A DNA stretch of 63,059 nucleotides, counting the filler, from Rhabdomonas costata (lineage: Eukaryota), in NCBI GenBank assembly GCA_019059605.1. It is 48 parts of 48 records of this genome, joined end to end, with 100 filler letters (N's around TTAATTAATTAA, not from the genome) between each part and the next. Parts side by side here need not be neighbours in the genome. Positions count along the whole stretch, not along the records: positions 9,215 to 10,431 come from JAHMHO010023231.1; positions 10,532 to 11,747 come from JAHMHO010023232.1; positions 11,848 to 13,063 come from JAHMHO010023233.1; positions 13,164 to 14,379 come from JAHMHO010023234.1; positions 14,480 to 15,696 come from JAHMHO010023235.1; positions 15,797 to 17,012 come from JAHMHO010023236.1; positions 17,113 to 18,328 come from JAHMHO010023237.1; positions 18,429 to 19,644 come from JAHMHO010023238.1; 40 more parts are not named here. One strand, 5' to 3'. The notes under the pieces were generated by a model. That model was given only the letters and a program-made list of their open reading frames with translations, was not told the DNA's origin and searched no databases. Made by a program: the position numbers and the translations under genes. Position 1 is the first letter of the stretch. Each line of letters opens with the position of its first letter. Shown piece by piece: positions 10,228-22,014 of the stretch.

Positions 10228-13200
10228 TGTATAATATATATGGACACTATTTATTTATATCATTTAGTTTCCAATAAATATAATTCATATTTATCATCCT
10301 AAATTTGCCTCTTATTCTTGCTTGCGTTTTTTGTACACCCCGAAGGCGTCTAGAACTCCGTTGGAGTTGTACCATTTTATGATCACCCCTTCTCACCCAG
10401 ACCACGCAGACCATGAGGAGTAAAAACCCACNNNNNNNNNNNNNNNNNNNNNNNNNNNNNNNNNNNNNNNNNNNNTTAATTAATTAANNNNNNNNNNNNN
10501 NNNNNNNNNNNNNNNNNNNNNNNNNNNNNNNTTTTGGGGAGCATGAAGGACTGCTCTGCAGCTCGGCCAAGGCTTCTGGGACTTCGGTGAGCCGCGGAGA
10601 CGGTGCCGGGGTGGCCTGCATCCAAACTGATGGAATTGGGGATCCCGGGTCTGGGCAGGCGGCGAGGAAAAATGCGCTGGAGGATTTTCCCTCCTCTCTC
10701 AAGAGCTTTGAGGAGGTACGCGCCTCTTTGAATGTGTGAGATCAGACTGGTGCCTTGTTGGTGAGCTGGATGAAGCGAAAGGTTTTATATTGCTCTATTG
10801 AGGAAGCAATACGCTGGAAAGTGGTTTCTGTCATTCTAATCACGCTTTTTCTTTGTCGTGATCTTCCAGTTTTCAGATAAGTCTCTCCAAGCCATGGGAG
10901 TCCGAGTTCGATCCTTTTGATTTGCATTGCCTTCATTGCAAACTTCAACTTTGCCTGAACGATTCCCTCTGAGTGGGCACCTGCCCGTCAGCAACGTCAT
11001 CAGCAGGCAATTTACTTGTGAACACGTGTGCGAAATGAGCATGGCGCAGGTGTGGGCCACAAGTGCTTTCCGTTGGTCCCCAGGGCGTAGGCTGGATGCT
11101 GGGCCAGCCCCCGGAGCACCTGTGCGCGCTGTTGGCGATCACCACGCTGAACCACGTGCCCTCCCTCTCTGAAGACCATCTGAGGCTTCTGCTCCATATG
11201 CTAATCCACCGCCCGAGCTGCGGTGTTCTGCCAACCTGCTCTGTGGAACCTTTGACCTCTTCGAAGTGTTCTAAGCGCTGTTCACTCCATTCCTGCCCTC
11301 ATCCATTCCCACTTCACAAGCAAATGGGGATGGAATCCCTGCTTTCGTTTTTTCTTTCGCACCGCACGGTTTCGCTGTCTCTTGAACTTCAGTCAATTGT
11401 CAAAGCCTGATCCGGAAAATTACATTGTAAAAAAAGTGATTCCTTAATCCAAGAGCTCTTTGCTTCTTAGGTTTGTTTTTGTTCGGCTTTGCTCGCCAAA
11501 AAGGCCTGCTGCTGGACAAACCACACCCCTCCCCTTCTCTTGTCATTTTACAATTCCCAATCCACGAAAATCCACGAAAAACCCAATTCCACGAAAAACA
11601 GCATTGATCCTATGTATTGATCGAAACATCGCTTGCTTGATGATGATGATGATTGATAAGCCGAGCTTTGCCAATTTGAAAAAATTCGCAAATCTTAAAC
11701 GTAACGTTCGTACGTAATTTCACTTGCTTTATTCAGCACACAAAACANNNNNNNNNNNNNNNNNNNNNNNNNNNNNNNNNNNNNNNNNNNNTTAATTAAT
11801 TAANNNNNNNNNNNNNNNNNNNNNNNNNNNNNNNNNNNNNNNNNNNNTGATTTTTTTTTTTTTGGAGGGCCGATTTCTTTGAGCAAGCGCAAGCTACTGT
11901 GCAAAGTCCTGACCGAATGCGAGGTGCCCTGTGTTTGGGTTGACCTCTTAACTTACGGGTTCTGCGGTGATGAGGACAGCAATGGGGTTTTGGCCGCTGC
12001 CGTTCACCTTTCCGGACGAATGTGGGCAAACGTGACAGGCCGAGATTCTCAAAGCTGTACGTCGGCAGCACTGCCGAAGACCAGAATTATAGCTATCTCT
12101 CATTGTGTCACAGAACACCCAGAGCTGCTGGGGAAGCTGCGACCTTTCTGGGCAGACCTTTAGACCTTTGATTGAGCGATGTTGTTTCACCACTGTTGGC
12201 TCTTTTGTTTGCAAAGAATTGATGAAGAGAAATGAAGAGAGAGGAAAGGCCCGCTTCCTCCTGGCTGTTTTCATGCGACTTGGGAAACAAATTTGAACTA
12301 AGATATCTGAACTCTTTCATCATTGGCCCTCGCCTTCCACCTGCCCTTCATTGTACTGCAAAATGCATACCGGTGGTTGGGGTCAACCTCCACCAGTTCC
12401 CCCCCTTCCAGTACCTTCCAGTGTAATGATGTTTCCAAGTAATCGGGGAGGAACAACTTTCTATGCCGTATGGTGCGTAATCTACGTCGAACCGGGGATC
12501 AATCATCCTCAAGACTTACGATCACACACAGTTGAGGAGGGGGAGCAAACCACAGTTTAGGTTCCGCAAAACCCGGAGGACAGCAGCAATGACAAAAAAA
12601 ACTACAAGGCACAGCCCGAAGCAGGGCGCGGGCAAACAATGCGGTGGTCCACGTCGAGCTGTTTGCTGCCCTGATATGGCGTCGCATATGGGCTGCCTTC
12701 CCCAACCAATGGATCCGCCCCTGGCTGCTTTGTGGTTTGCCTAAATGAGCCCGTGGTTCTTGAACCCTTTCTGCGTCCAACCTTTTGCGCTACTCTCCCT
12801 CAAAACCTCGTGGTCCTCTCCTTGTGTGTTTTGTTGTTTGTGTTGGTTTTTCGGGAATGCAAACCCCGCCTCCTAAAAGATAAATCGGTTTTGCGATGTT
12901 TTTAGGCTCAACCGCGTCCGCAAAGCGCTCGCCAGTCGACCATTGTTCTTTAATGAACAGGAAAGGAATGCGGCGTAAAGAAGTGAAAAGTCCAAATTTC
13001 TCCGAAGGAAACATTAGCGCGCACGCACTTCATACTTTGAAAACCATCTGAAGATACGTCCACNNNNNNNNNNNNNNNNNNNNNNNNNNNNNNNNNNNNN
13101 NNNNNNNTTAATTAATTAANNNNNNNNNNNNNNNNNNNNNNNNNNNNNNNNNNNNNNNNNNNNTTGTTTTGTGAGAAGGTCGGAAGAAGATATGGACGCG

Positions 13201-16200
13201 ACTGAAGCTGCGGGTTCGGGGATCAGAAAGGATGCAAGGGACCACAGGAGTTGAGCAAGACCACAGCAGCGGGTGTGGCGAAAAACTGAAAAGCACCGAA
13301 CATCGCGGTCACCCCGCCGCGCACGCAGATTGACCTGACAGGTTACGTCACCAGGGATGGCGTCCGCAGGCGGCCCCAAATCTAGGATTTTGTTCTCCTG
13401 CTGCCGCTCCTCGGAAACGACGACTGCGCAGCAAAAGAATTCGCCTGACCATCTCTTTGAACCTAGTAGAGGTTCTCAGGAAACCTAACAGGCGCCCTGT
13501 TCGAGCCCACCTCAATCGGCAGCCTCAACGGCCACACACCATAATTCCCCACTCTACCCATCTGCAGACTGCCTCCTTCTCCTCCTTTAGCTCACTCCAC
13601 CGCACATATCCGTATGACAATATTTTCTTCCGGTGTACACTGTCAATTCAAAATTCAAAATGAGCCAACTTCACTGTACTAATTCATTAAGCAAGGTGAG
13701 AGGTGCAGTGTTCCACCCTTCAATCAAAAGTTACCTTCCGCCAAAGAAATCGGGACCCTTTCACGAAAACGTTAGTCCACGGCCGCAACAGTACATGGGC
13801 CAATACTTGAGGTGGTGTGTAGGGGGAAACATCAGCGCAGTATGACCAAAAACAGGAATGGCAAAGTTGGATCAACGAGGAGCGCACCAAAATCCGATCG
13901 ATCTCGGTTCCAGTTCGGGAGGCCGTAGGACTCTGGCAGGTCGTGTTCCCCAACTCTCTCCCCCGATTCTCCGAATTTCCCTACGTTTCCGCTCTGTGAG
14001 GGGACCTTACTTCGAATGCGCACAAAGATACTCTCTTCAGGCTTCGAGGACTCGGACTCGGCCTGAGGCGCGGCCGGGGCGTTCACGTTCACGTTAATCA
14101 CCTGCTCCACAGTACTCCCTTTCAGACAAAGAGGCGTGTGATATGAATGGACAAACAAAAGACAAGACAGGCAGTTGGTTGAGTGATGGCGCGAACGCAC
14201 GCTCGCCAAAACCACCCCGTGGATCCTCCCTTGCGGGTACTCACCGGGGAATTCCCACCCATCAAGGCGTCACGCAGGTGCGCAGGGGTCAGCACAGAAC
14301 ACGGGCAACAGGCTGGGAGCCTCATCTGAAAAAAGATCTGGAAGCTGACCCTTGAGTACAAGACGGAGAAACAACACACNNNNNNNNNNNNNNNNNNNNN
14401 NNNNNNNNNNNNNNNNNNNNNNNTTAATTAATTAANNNNNNNNNNNNNNNNNNNNNNNNNNNNNNNNNNNNNNNNNNNNGTGTTGGTGTGTTTGGGGGTG
14501 TGTGTCCCACGCATGTGACTTGTATCATCTGTCTCTGGATGTGGAACACCTGTGTGATCTGGACCGTTAGGAAATGGATACGAATGGGGAAGAGTGTGAT
14601 GTGGTGCCAGCGGTATGGAGTGCAAAAGGACGTTGAAAGTGACCATCAAACGTTGTACGTGAAGGAGGTGGATGTTAGAGCAAATTACAGCGCCGTATCA
14701 CCAGAGCCTGGCATGTGTGTGACGCTGGTGGTTGCGTTGGAGGTGGATCAGTTGCAACTGATCTTCCCGCATGGTGGAACGACTGCAACTAGGTGTCTTC
14801 GTAATGCTACCATGCCGTGGGCCGCTGACTCAGCTTTGCACGTAGGCAGATGACTCTAAAGCCTGCAAAATACTGCCCACTTTCTCTGATTGCAAATCAG
14901 GAAACAGCGAGATTGTGTTGCCCAACGTGGGCTCTGCCTGTATTTTACGTATTTCACGCGGCAGAGACTCCGGCTGGCATTCAGGATGTGGTCATTCAGA
15001 TACGCAACGCACGTTAGTCGGGGGTCTAATGATGATACCAACGTCGCTTCTCGCAAACGCAGGTATTTGGAATGAGCGCGAGTGGAAACGTACGACTTCC
15101 TGACATTGGAGTACCGCAAGTCGATGACAGTGCCGGTCGGTTTCCATAACATTTTTCCTCTGTTTTTTTGTGTCCTCCGTCATAATCACACCTGGTACTT
15201 CATCTGAAGACTCCATCCCACTAACTGGACTACTGTACAATGCGCAACACACAAAAGGAAGCAGAAAGCTTGTGGTAGGTGACTCATCGTTTGAAGTTGA
15301 CAGTAAGTGTGCTCTTGAAGACTTGCTTAACACCGAAACATCTCCTGTTCTGGTACTGGTACTGGTGCGATACTTTGTGTGTGACTATTTCCTGTTCATA
15401 GAACTACACTCTCCGACATCATAGGTGGCGTTTTGCTCGCACACTCTTCTGGATACAGGCGCCCATTTCATCTCCAGCCCACGTTTAACCTCTCAAACCT
15501 CGGCATTTTACCATCCGCATCTTGTCCACCACCCACCACTCCACGTTCCTCAACTCTTCTCGGCGAATCCCTTCTTCTCTCTGTACATTCATTGATAAAA
15601 TGGCCTACCTTGCCACATGCGTGGCATGTGCGCTCTTGAGCTGGATGTCTGGACCGTGGTGAATTATGACTACATTCTCAGTGGTCTCGGAAAGGTNNNN
15701 NNNNNNNNNNNNNNNNNNNNNNNNNNNNNNNNNNNNNNNNTTAATTAATTAANNNNNNNNNNNNNNNNNNNNNNNNNNNNNNNNNNNNNNNNNNNNTGTG
15801 GTGGGTGTGGGTGGTGTGGTTGTGTTTCAGTCACCTCTGAAAGAAGAGATGGCTCAGGTTGATCTTCGATTCCCTGAACGCTTGGCTGCATACTTTGCTG
15901 CGAATGCGCTTCTTTTCTAAATGGTGCCGTGTGTTGCCTCGTGGCCAGGATTGGGGAGATTGCAGTCCTTCATCATCGTAGTTCGTAGGACCCATTGGTT
16001 GTCGTCCATGAGAGTTTTTGGGCCCCCGGATCTTTTGGGGCAAAAAGTTACAAAAGGAATAGTTTGTGTCTGAATCAGTTCTTTTTGCTCGGCATTTCAT
16101 TGAATGGTTTGGGTTTCAGGGCCACTCCTCCACGGTATTTGTGCATGGGGTGGACCCTTCGCCTGCGCACTGGCTTTATCTGTGCATCCGGGCGGCTGAG

Positions 16201-18554
16201 GAACTGCACAATGGTGTTCTCTTGCGGCAGAACACTCTCCTTTTCTCTTCGCACGTCCTGTTGAAATTTCAGCGACCCACAACACCGTGTTCTTCTCCCC
16301 TGCCCAGTTTTCAGTTTTTCGGTAGTGGCCTCCATTAAGTTTTGCGCAAACGTGCAAACACGGCTTCTCAGTTGCCCATACCGTTCGGGGAGATCCATTG
16401 GCAGTGCTGGGTTGTTGGCGGAGCGCAGGAGTCCAGGCTGCTGTTAGACAAAAGGGGTGGTTATGAATTCAAGAGAATATTGCCTTCGAATGATACGAAT
16501 GATGTGCTGTGTTGATTCGGTGATGTCTGGCTCGTTATCGTCGGGTGGAGGCTTTGAAGTTTCCTTTTGTGGGACATTGTGGGGCACTCGGGACTGGCTG
16601 TATGGGCAAAATTGTTTGCAGTAGCGGAGGGAGTGTCTGGGTTTGGTGCGGGGTGCTGGGTTTTGCTGTAAACTTAGTGGGATGCGACTCACAGAGGTTG
16701 CAGCACTTCGACCGTCAGCATCGTGTTCTCTGCGTTTGGCCTGCCTTGAGGTTGACCTTCGCAGCTCTGCGGTGACGGAGCTGATCAAGGTTCCTTATTG
16801 TTGTGGTTGTTGCTGACTGAGGTTCCAAGCGTTAGCCACAACTGCAATATTCGCACTGAATCCCGCATGCGTGAAAAACGGGAATAGTGCGTCGGCCGCC
16901 TTGTTCAACCCACGACATCATCAGTTGGTTGCTGGGTGGGGGGACCGTTGTGTTTGGCTTTTTTTCGTATCATTCGAAGGCAATATTCTCTTGAATTCAT
17001 AACCAACCCCCCNNNNNNNNNNNNNNNNNNNNNNNNNNNNNNNNNNNNNNNNNNNNTTAATTAATTAANNNNNNNNNNNNNNNNNNNNNNNNNNNNNNNN
17101 NNNNNNNNNNNNTTGTGGTTGGGCTTTTTTTTACCTCATCCTACACTTGTACTTTGACCACGTGGCATGACGTGAGGCACTCCTGCACCGTGGTCAAAGT
17201 ACAAGTGTAGGATGAGGTAAAAAAAAGCCCAAGAACAGAAAAAAGCCTGCAAAATGTCACACAAAAAAAGGAGCCAAGCGCTAAAACGGGCAGCAGGTAG
17301 CTGTCCAAAAGTAAACTTGGACCCGTTCCACAATCTGAGCTGCAAAAAAAGCACGCTGAACTTTGCCGAAGAATCACTACTGGGAATCGCCTCTGACTGT
17401 ATCTTGACGCATGAATGTGAACCCAGCTGAAAGGAAGTTGGGAATTTTGGGACTCTTAGTCCTTCGGCGGGGACGACAGCACTGCCGCTATGCAGCCCCT
17501 AAGCTCCGTTAGCAGAGCGGCAGGGAAGTCCTCCGTCGCTCCCTCCTCCGTGCCACCTCGGGAGCGGCCCACGCCAACGCCCCCCTGACAGCGCCTAAGA
17601 AGCGCCCCCAGAGTGACCTGCACCACGCGCCGCAGTGCGCCCACCGCAACGACAGCGCGGGGCGATGCGGGCATCACAGCCCACTCCACCTGCGTGTGCA
17701 TCCCCTTCATTTAAACCCACCGGACACCCACCCACTCACCGGCCAACATGAGAGATGTGTCTCCCACAACCAACGAGAAAGTAAATACTGGTGCTTCGTT
17801 CACTTTTTCGGCGTGGACACTCTATAATATTTCATTGGGACTCACGTCGGACTCACGGCATCTGATTGTATCAATGAACTAAATCGTAAGAGATCACGAC
17901 CTGTTCGTGGTTGTGGTTGCCATTGGTGTGCGGGAGAGAGTCCCCGATAGCCACACACACGAATATCACAAACACTTGTTCCGACTCACCTTGAGCTGTC
18001 TCCGCAAGATCATCGGTGTAAAGCCCGCGCTGAACAGCGCCAGGGCGGTGGTGGGTACCGCAGTGCAGTCCCTATATTGGCAAAAAAACAAGCACATCAT
18101 CACACCTTTGTAATGGTGAAAGAGCCGAAACCGCGGCCTACCCTAAATTGGTCACTGTAAAGAATGTTTCAAGTGGAGTCAGAAAAAACCCACACTTTGA
18201 CATCGTGGGAATTGAACGACCACTGCATCGAGTGGTCCGTTCCACATCAAAGTCGCAAATGTCTTATAAACGCCTTATAGAAGACCAAACGGCGGGAACG
18301 AAAAGGATCGCCTTGGTCCCACCACAACNNNNNNNNNNNNNNNNNNNNNNNNNNNNNNNNNNNNNNNNNNNNTTAATTAATTAANNNNNNNNNNNNNNNN
18401 NNNNNNNNNNNNNNNNNNNNNNNNNNNNTTGTGGGGGGTCGTCTCCACTTGTGCTCCACCTGTGCGCCGTTGCTCGCATTCACTTTGCAACTCCTCGAGG
18501 GTGCTCACCACAACTGCCTCCTTCCCTCTCCCGTCATCGCACCATTCACGCAAA

Positions 18555-19644
18555 ATGACGAAGAACAGGGGAGCGCAAAAAAGGCGGGCGGAGGCTGTCG
18601 CTCCTGCGGCTCCTGTCGCTCCTCCTGAGGAGGAGACCGAGATCGTGGCTCCCCCGGTGAAAAAGCCCCGTACAACGCCCCAGAAAGGTATACAGGTGAA
18701 GCTCCAAGCAATTTTCGGGTAATACCTGCAACTTCCAGCGTTCTAATCCGTCAGTCTCAGTGGAAGTGGTGGCAGAGCTCTCTTTTTCTTCTTCCCTTCT
18801 TGACCTTAGGGCCACAGTGTTTTCTATTGTGGTCTCGAATGACGAATTTCTTTTTACTTTGAGTAAACCCGTTGCTGTATATTCATTTCGTTAAAACCGT
18901 TAAAGCAGAATTGTTTCTGTAATTGTTTGTGAAATTGCGGCTGGCAACCTCCGCTTGAGGTTTTCTCGAAATTTAGATGTTGTTTGCATTGTTTGATGAC
19001 AGCGGCGACTGTTTCAAAAGAGCATCTTTTTTGTTTAAATTCCGGCATTGTTGGGACCATTCCTCCCTCCTTCTTAGGTCAAGGCAGAACTCCGAAGGTC
19101 GCACCAGAGTCGGACCATGAAGAGGAGGAGGAGGAGGAGGAGGAGAGCGAAGAGGAGGGCGAAGAGGAGGAAGACGACGAGGAAGAGAGTGACGAAGAAG
19201 ACGAAGAGGAGGGTGACAGCAAGCAGGTCAAAGGCAAGCCAACGAAAGGGCTCGCCAAGGGAAAGGGCGGCAAGCCGGAGAAGGTTGCGGAGGGGACGGA
19301 GGAAGATGACGATGACGATGACGATGAGGAAGAAGACGATGAGGAGGATGACGATGAGGAGGAGGAGGAAGATGACGATGGTGAGCAAGGAAAATCCGGG
19401 AACAAGGTGGCCAAGGTGGGGCAGGACGACTCCGACTCCGACGCCGCCAGCGAGTCCACTGAGGCCAGCGAGTCCAGCGCGGACATCCAGCCGTGGCACA
19501 AGATGCACAACTACCGCGTCTGCCTGACCATCACGCAGCAGAACTTCCTGATGCTGCAAGTCCTGCGCCCTCACTTCCCTGGGCTGAAGTCCGTGCAGTT
19601 CGACCCCGGGATGACCGTGTGCCGGGCCCACTTCGAGAGCTGGG
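18555..19644 (+). CDS. Acidic-tract nuclear protein (nucleolin-like, possible RRM start), partial. Exons 18555-18687, 19078->19644
   Basis: Reads MTKNRGAQKRRAE...KKPRTTPQK|GQGRTPK, then long D/E tracts alternating with Lys-rich spacers, then YRVCLTI...FPGLKSVQF...CRAHFES. The GT-AG intron 18688-19077 is phase-consistent. Confidence 0.75.
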
Positions 19645-20754
19645 NNNNNNNNNNNNNNNNNNNNNNNNNNNNNNNNNNNNNNNNNNNNTTAATTAATTAA
19701 NNNNNNNNNNNNNNNNNNNNNNNNNNNNNNNNNNNNNNNNNNNNGGATATATTTAGTCTTTCGGTTTGTGTGTGTATGCTATTCTATGTGCTTTCGTTTG
19801 GATTCGTTCTGATTTTACCATGGTCCCTTCATTTTTTTCCATTTGTTATAATGTTGCCCCATCAAGTTGGAGTCAGAAAGACGTTGGTGGGTGTACGGGG
19901 AAGGGGTGGAGGAACTGTGGATATGAGGGGGATGTTTCTTGGTTGCATTGGTGCGGAGCATCGGCCGTTTGGCGATGCCTGCCCGTAGGAAGTTTTGGGA
20001 TTTTGAATATGATGGTTGGGGGCCTATCGTGCACCCGAGGTTTCTTTTTGGCGAGCGAGGCGTGTGCGCTTATGCTTCCGCTTGGTTCCTCTTGTGTACT
20101 ATGGAACTTCTCCTCACTCGGCACATGGTACCTGGTAGTGTTTGGGTGGATCCCTTTGAGCCTTCGTGGGAGTTATGGATCTGCGGGTATGGCAGATGAA
20201 GTGAGAGATGGTGAAAGCTTGCCCATGGGCCGATGTCGCGCTGCCGAGAAGAGTTCATACGTTGCCGTGCGTCCCCGGCCCCCCTTTCCCGTCCCCGCGC
20301 TACACAAAGGCGGAGAATCCAACTTGATGGGGCAACATTATAACAAATGGAAAAAAATGAAGGGACCATGGTAAAATCAGAACGAATCCAAACGAAAGCA
20401 CATAGAATAGCATACACACACAAACCGAAAGACTAAATATATCCCACCTGCCCCGATAACCTCTCTGCACGTCGATGGTCAAAGATAAAGGTAGTGCGCA
20501 ACAAAACGCAGCACAGCACCAGGAGTCAGCATAAACCACGACTGAAAAACCTCCACCTCCCATCTCTCTGTCAAAGCATTACCACGCTTGGCCAATCCCC
20601 AAAAGGAAACAGCCCTGCCACTGCACCACCACTGACTCCCCCCAGCCACCCCCAAACCCTTCCCGTTTACCACACACCCACCCTCTCTAGGTCGTTTACT
20701 GGAGCACCGGCCTTTGCCAGAGCCTCACCTTCATTCGGTGTCGTGCTTGGCCCC

Positions 20755-20961
20755 TCACATGTTGAGGTGGTGGGTGTGCTGCTGCTCTTTGCCCTTCTGC
20801 TCGGCGGAGTGCAGGCCTTCCTGGGCTTCGTGGCGGAGATGCTCGCCTTGCTGCTGCGCCTTCTGGCTGAGGTCCTGGGTCTTCTCCTGGGCCTTGTGGC
20901 CGGCGTCGCATGCCGCCTCCTTCGCCCTCTCGGTCTGCTCCGAGGCCTTCTGGCTCAGGTC
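20755..20961 (-). CDS. LEA (group 3)-like hydrophilic protein, C-terminal part
   Basis: DLSQKASEQTERAKEAACDAGHKAQEKTQDLSQKAQQQGEHLRHEAQEGLHSAEQKGKEQQHTHHLNM* shows 11-mer periodicity and strong GC3 bias. It is absent from the ORF track because the start lies off-contig. Confidence 0.7.
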   Translation of the reverse strand, partial: DLSQKASEQTERAKEAACDAGHKAQEKTQDLSQKAQQQGEHLRHEAQEGLHSAEQKGKEQQHTHHLNM

Positions 20962-21246
20962 NNNNNNNNNNNNNNNNNNNNNNNNNNNNNNNNNNNNNNN
21001 NNNNNTTAATTAATTAANNNNNNNNNNNNNNNNNNNNNNNNNNNNNNNNNNNNNNNNNNNNTGCTTTTTTTTTGGTTTTTTTTTTACCTTTCTTAAGATG
21101 AAAGGCAGTCAAAGTTTTGTTTGTGTGCGGTTGTGCGATCTTGTTCAGTGAAAACTAGTGTCTGAACGTGTGAAAATACGGGAATCTGCTCCCTTTCCCC
21201 CTTAAGTACCGCGCTCGCCACTCGAGCTTTTGTTCTGTTGCATTAG

Positions 21247-22014
21247 GGACTGAACCTGGTACCTATCAGATCTGCTACAAGTACTTCGACATGTGGATGA
21301 GCTTCACCAACAACTACCTGATCGTAATAGGTTTCGCCTCCGCTTCTGTTATTCTTTGTTGTCGTATGGTTTCTTTGTTGGGGGGAGCGTTTGCATTCAC
21401 ATTCTCATTCACACTCTTATGCGCATTCTCATTTGCACTCGCGAGATCCAGGCAACGATATGACCCAACCTTCCTTGCGATTGTCTGAGTGTACTGACAG
21501 ATTCTTGAACAGATCATAAAAGAGGCTAAAAGGTGGTGGCTCTGGAGGAGGTCCGGACGAACCCCTCGAAGGTGTGGTGGCGGCATTATGAAAAAAGTTA
21601 TTCCAGCTAGGCCCCTTCCGTCGACGTGGTGCCTTCAGCGGTCATGGATTTATAGGATTGTTGGACATTTTGGAATCCTTCATATTTTCTTTTTCGACTT
21701 TTCCAATCTAAGGTCTTATTTACCTTTTTAATTTTCTGATCCTCCACCTGTGGAATTCAGCCGGACCCTTCCACCTTCCCCCATTCGCCAACACCGCAGG
21801 GCTGCAAAAAGCCCGCGTGATCCCTCCGGAGGGGGCTCCCCAAAACGCCCTGTCCGCGGTGACCTTCACGGTAGTGGTGCAGCCCGTGGGCCTGGACGCC
21901 ACCTCGGGGTCGGTGCTGCGGATCTCTTCTGCGGTGGCCGGGACGTCGAGCTGGCCCAGCTGGACGACCAGCCTTGGAGGCGGCTCGTGTAGTCTCGTGT
22001 ACCCGGGGTCTTGG
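21247..22014 (+). CDS. Fragment of a large secreted or membrane glycoprotein. Exons 21247-21330, 21761-22014
   Basis: TEPGTYQICYKYFDMWMSFTNNYLIVI|AGPFHLPP...SAVTFTVVVQPVG...CSLVYPGSW, with a phase-consistent GT-AG intron. Confidence 0.55.

Larger units (their letters stand above)
9215..10320. mobile_element. AT-rich, intronless, gene-dense segment; candidate endogenous Polinton-like virus / virophage / Maverick fragment
   Basis: It is clearly more AT-rich than the other contigs. The integrase and Zn-ribbon ORFs converge with only a 37-nt gap. Confidence 0.65.

Noticed and set aside
14856-15152. CVAYLNDHIL as a degenerate YLDD reverse-transcriptase motif
   Set aside because: I could not recognise any other RT motif around it, so the evidence is too weak without a profile search.
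15797-15827. G/T-rich contig termini as telomeric repeats
   Set aside because: There is no fixed repeat unit such as TTAGGG. They match degenerate primer tails.
19074-19631. Poly-Ser, poly-Arg and Leu-rich ORFs
   Set aside because: They are shadow frames of the real D/E-rich exon.
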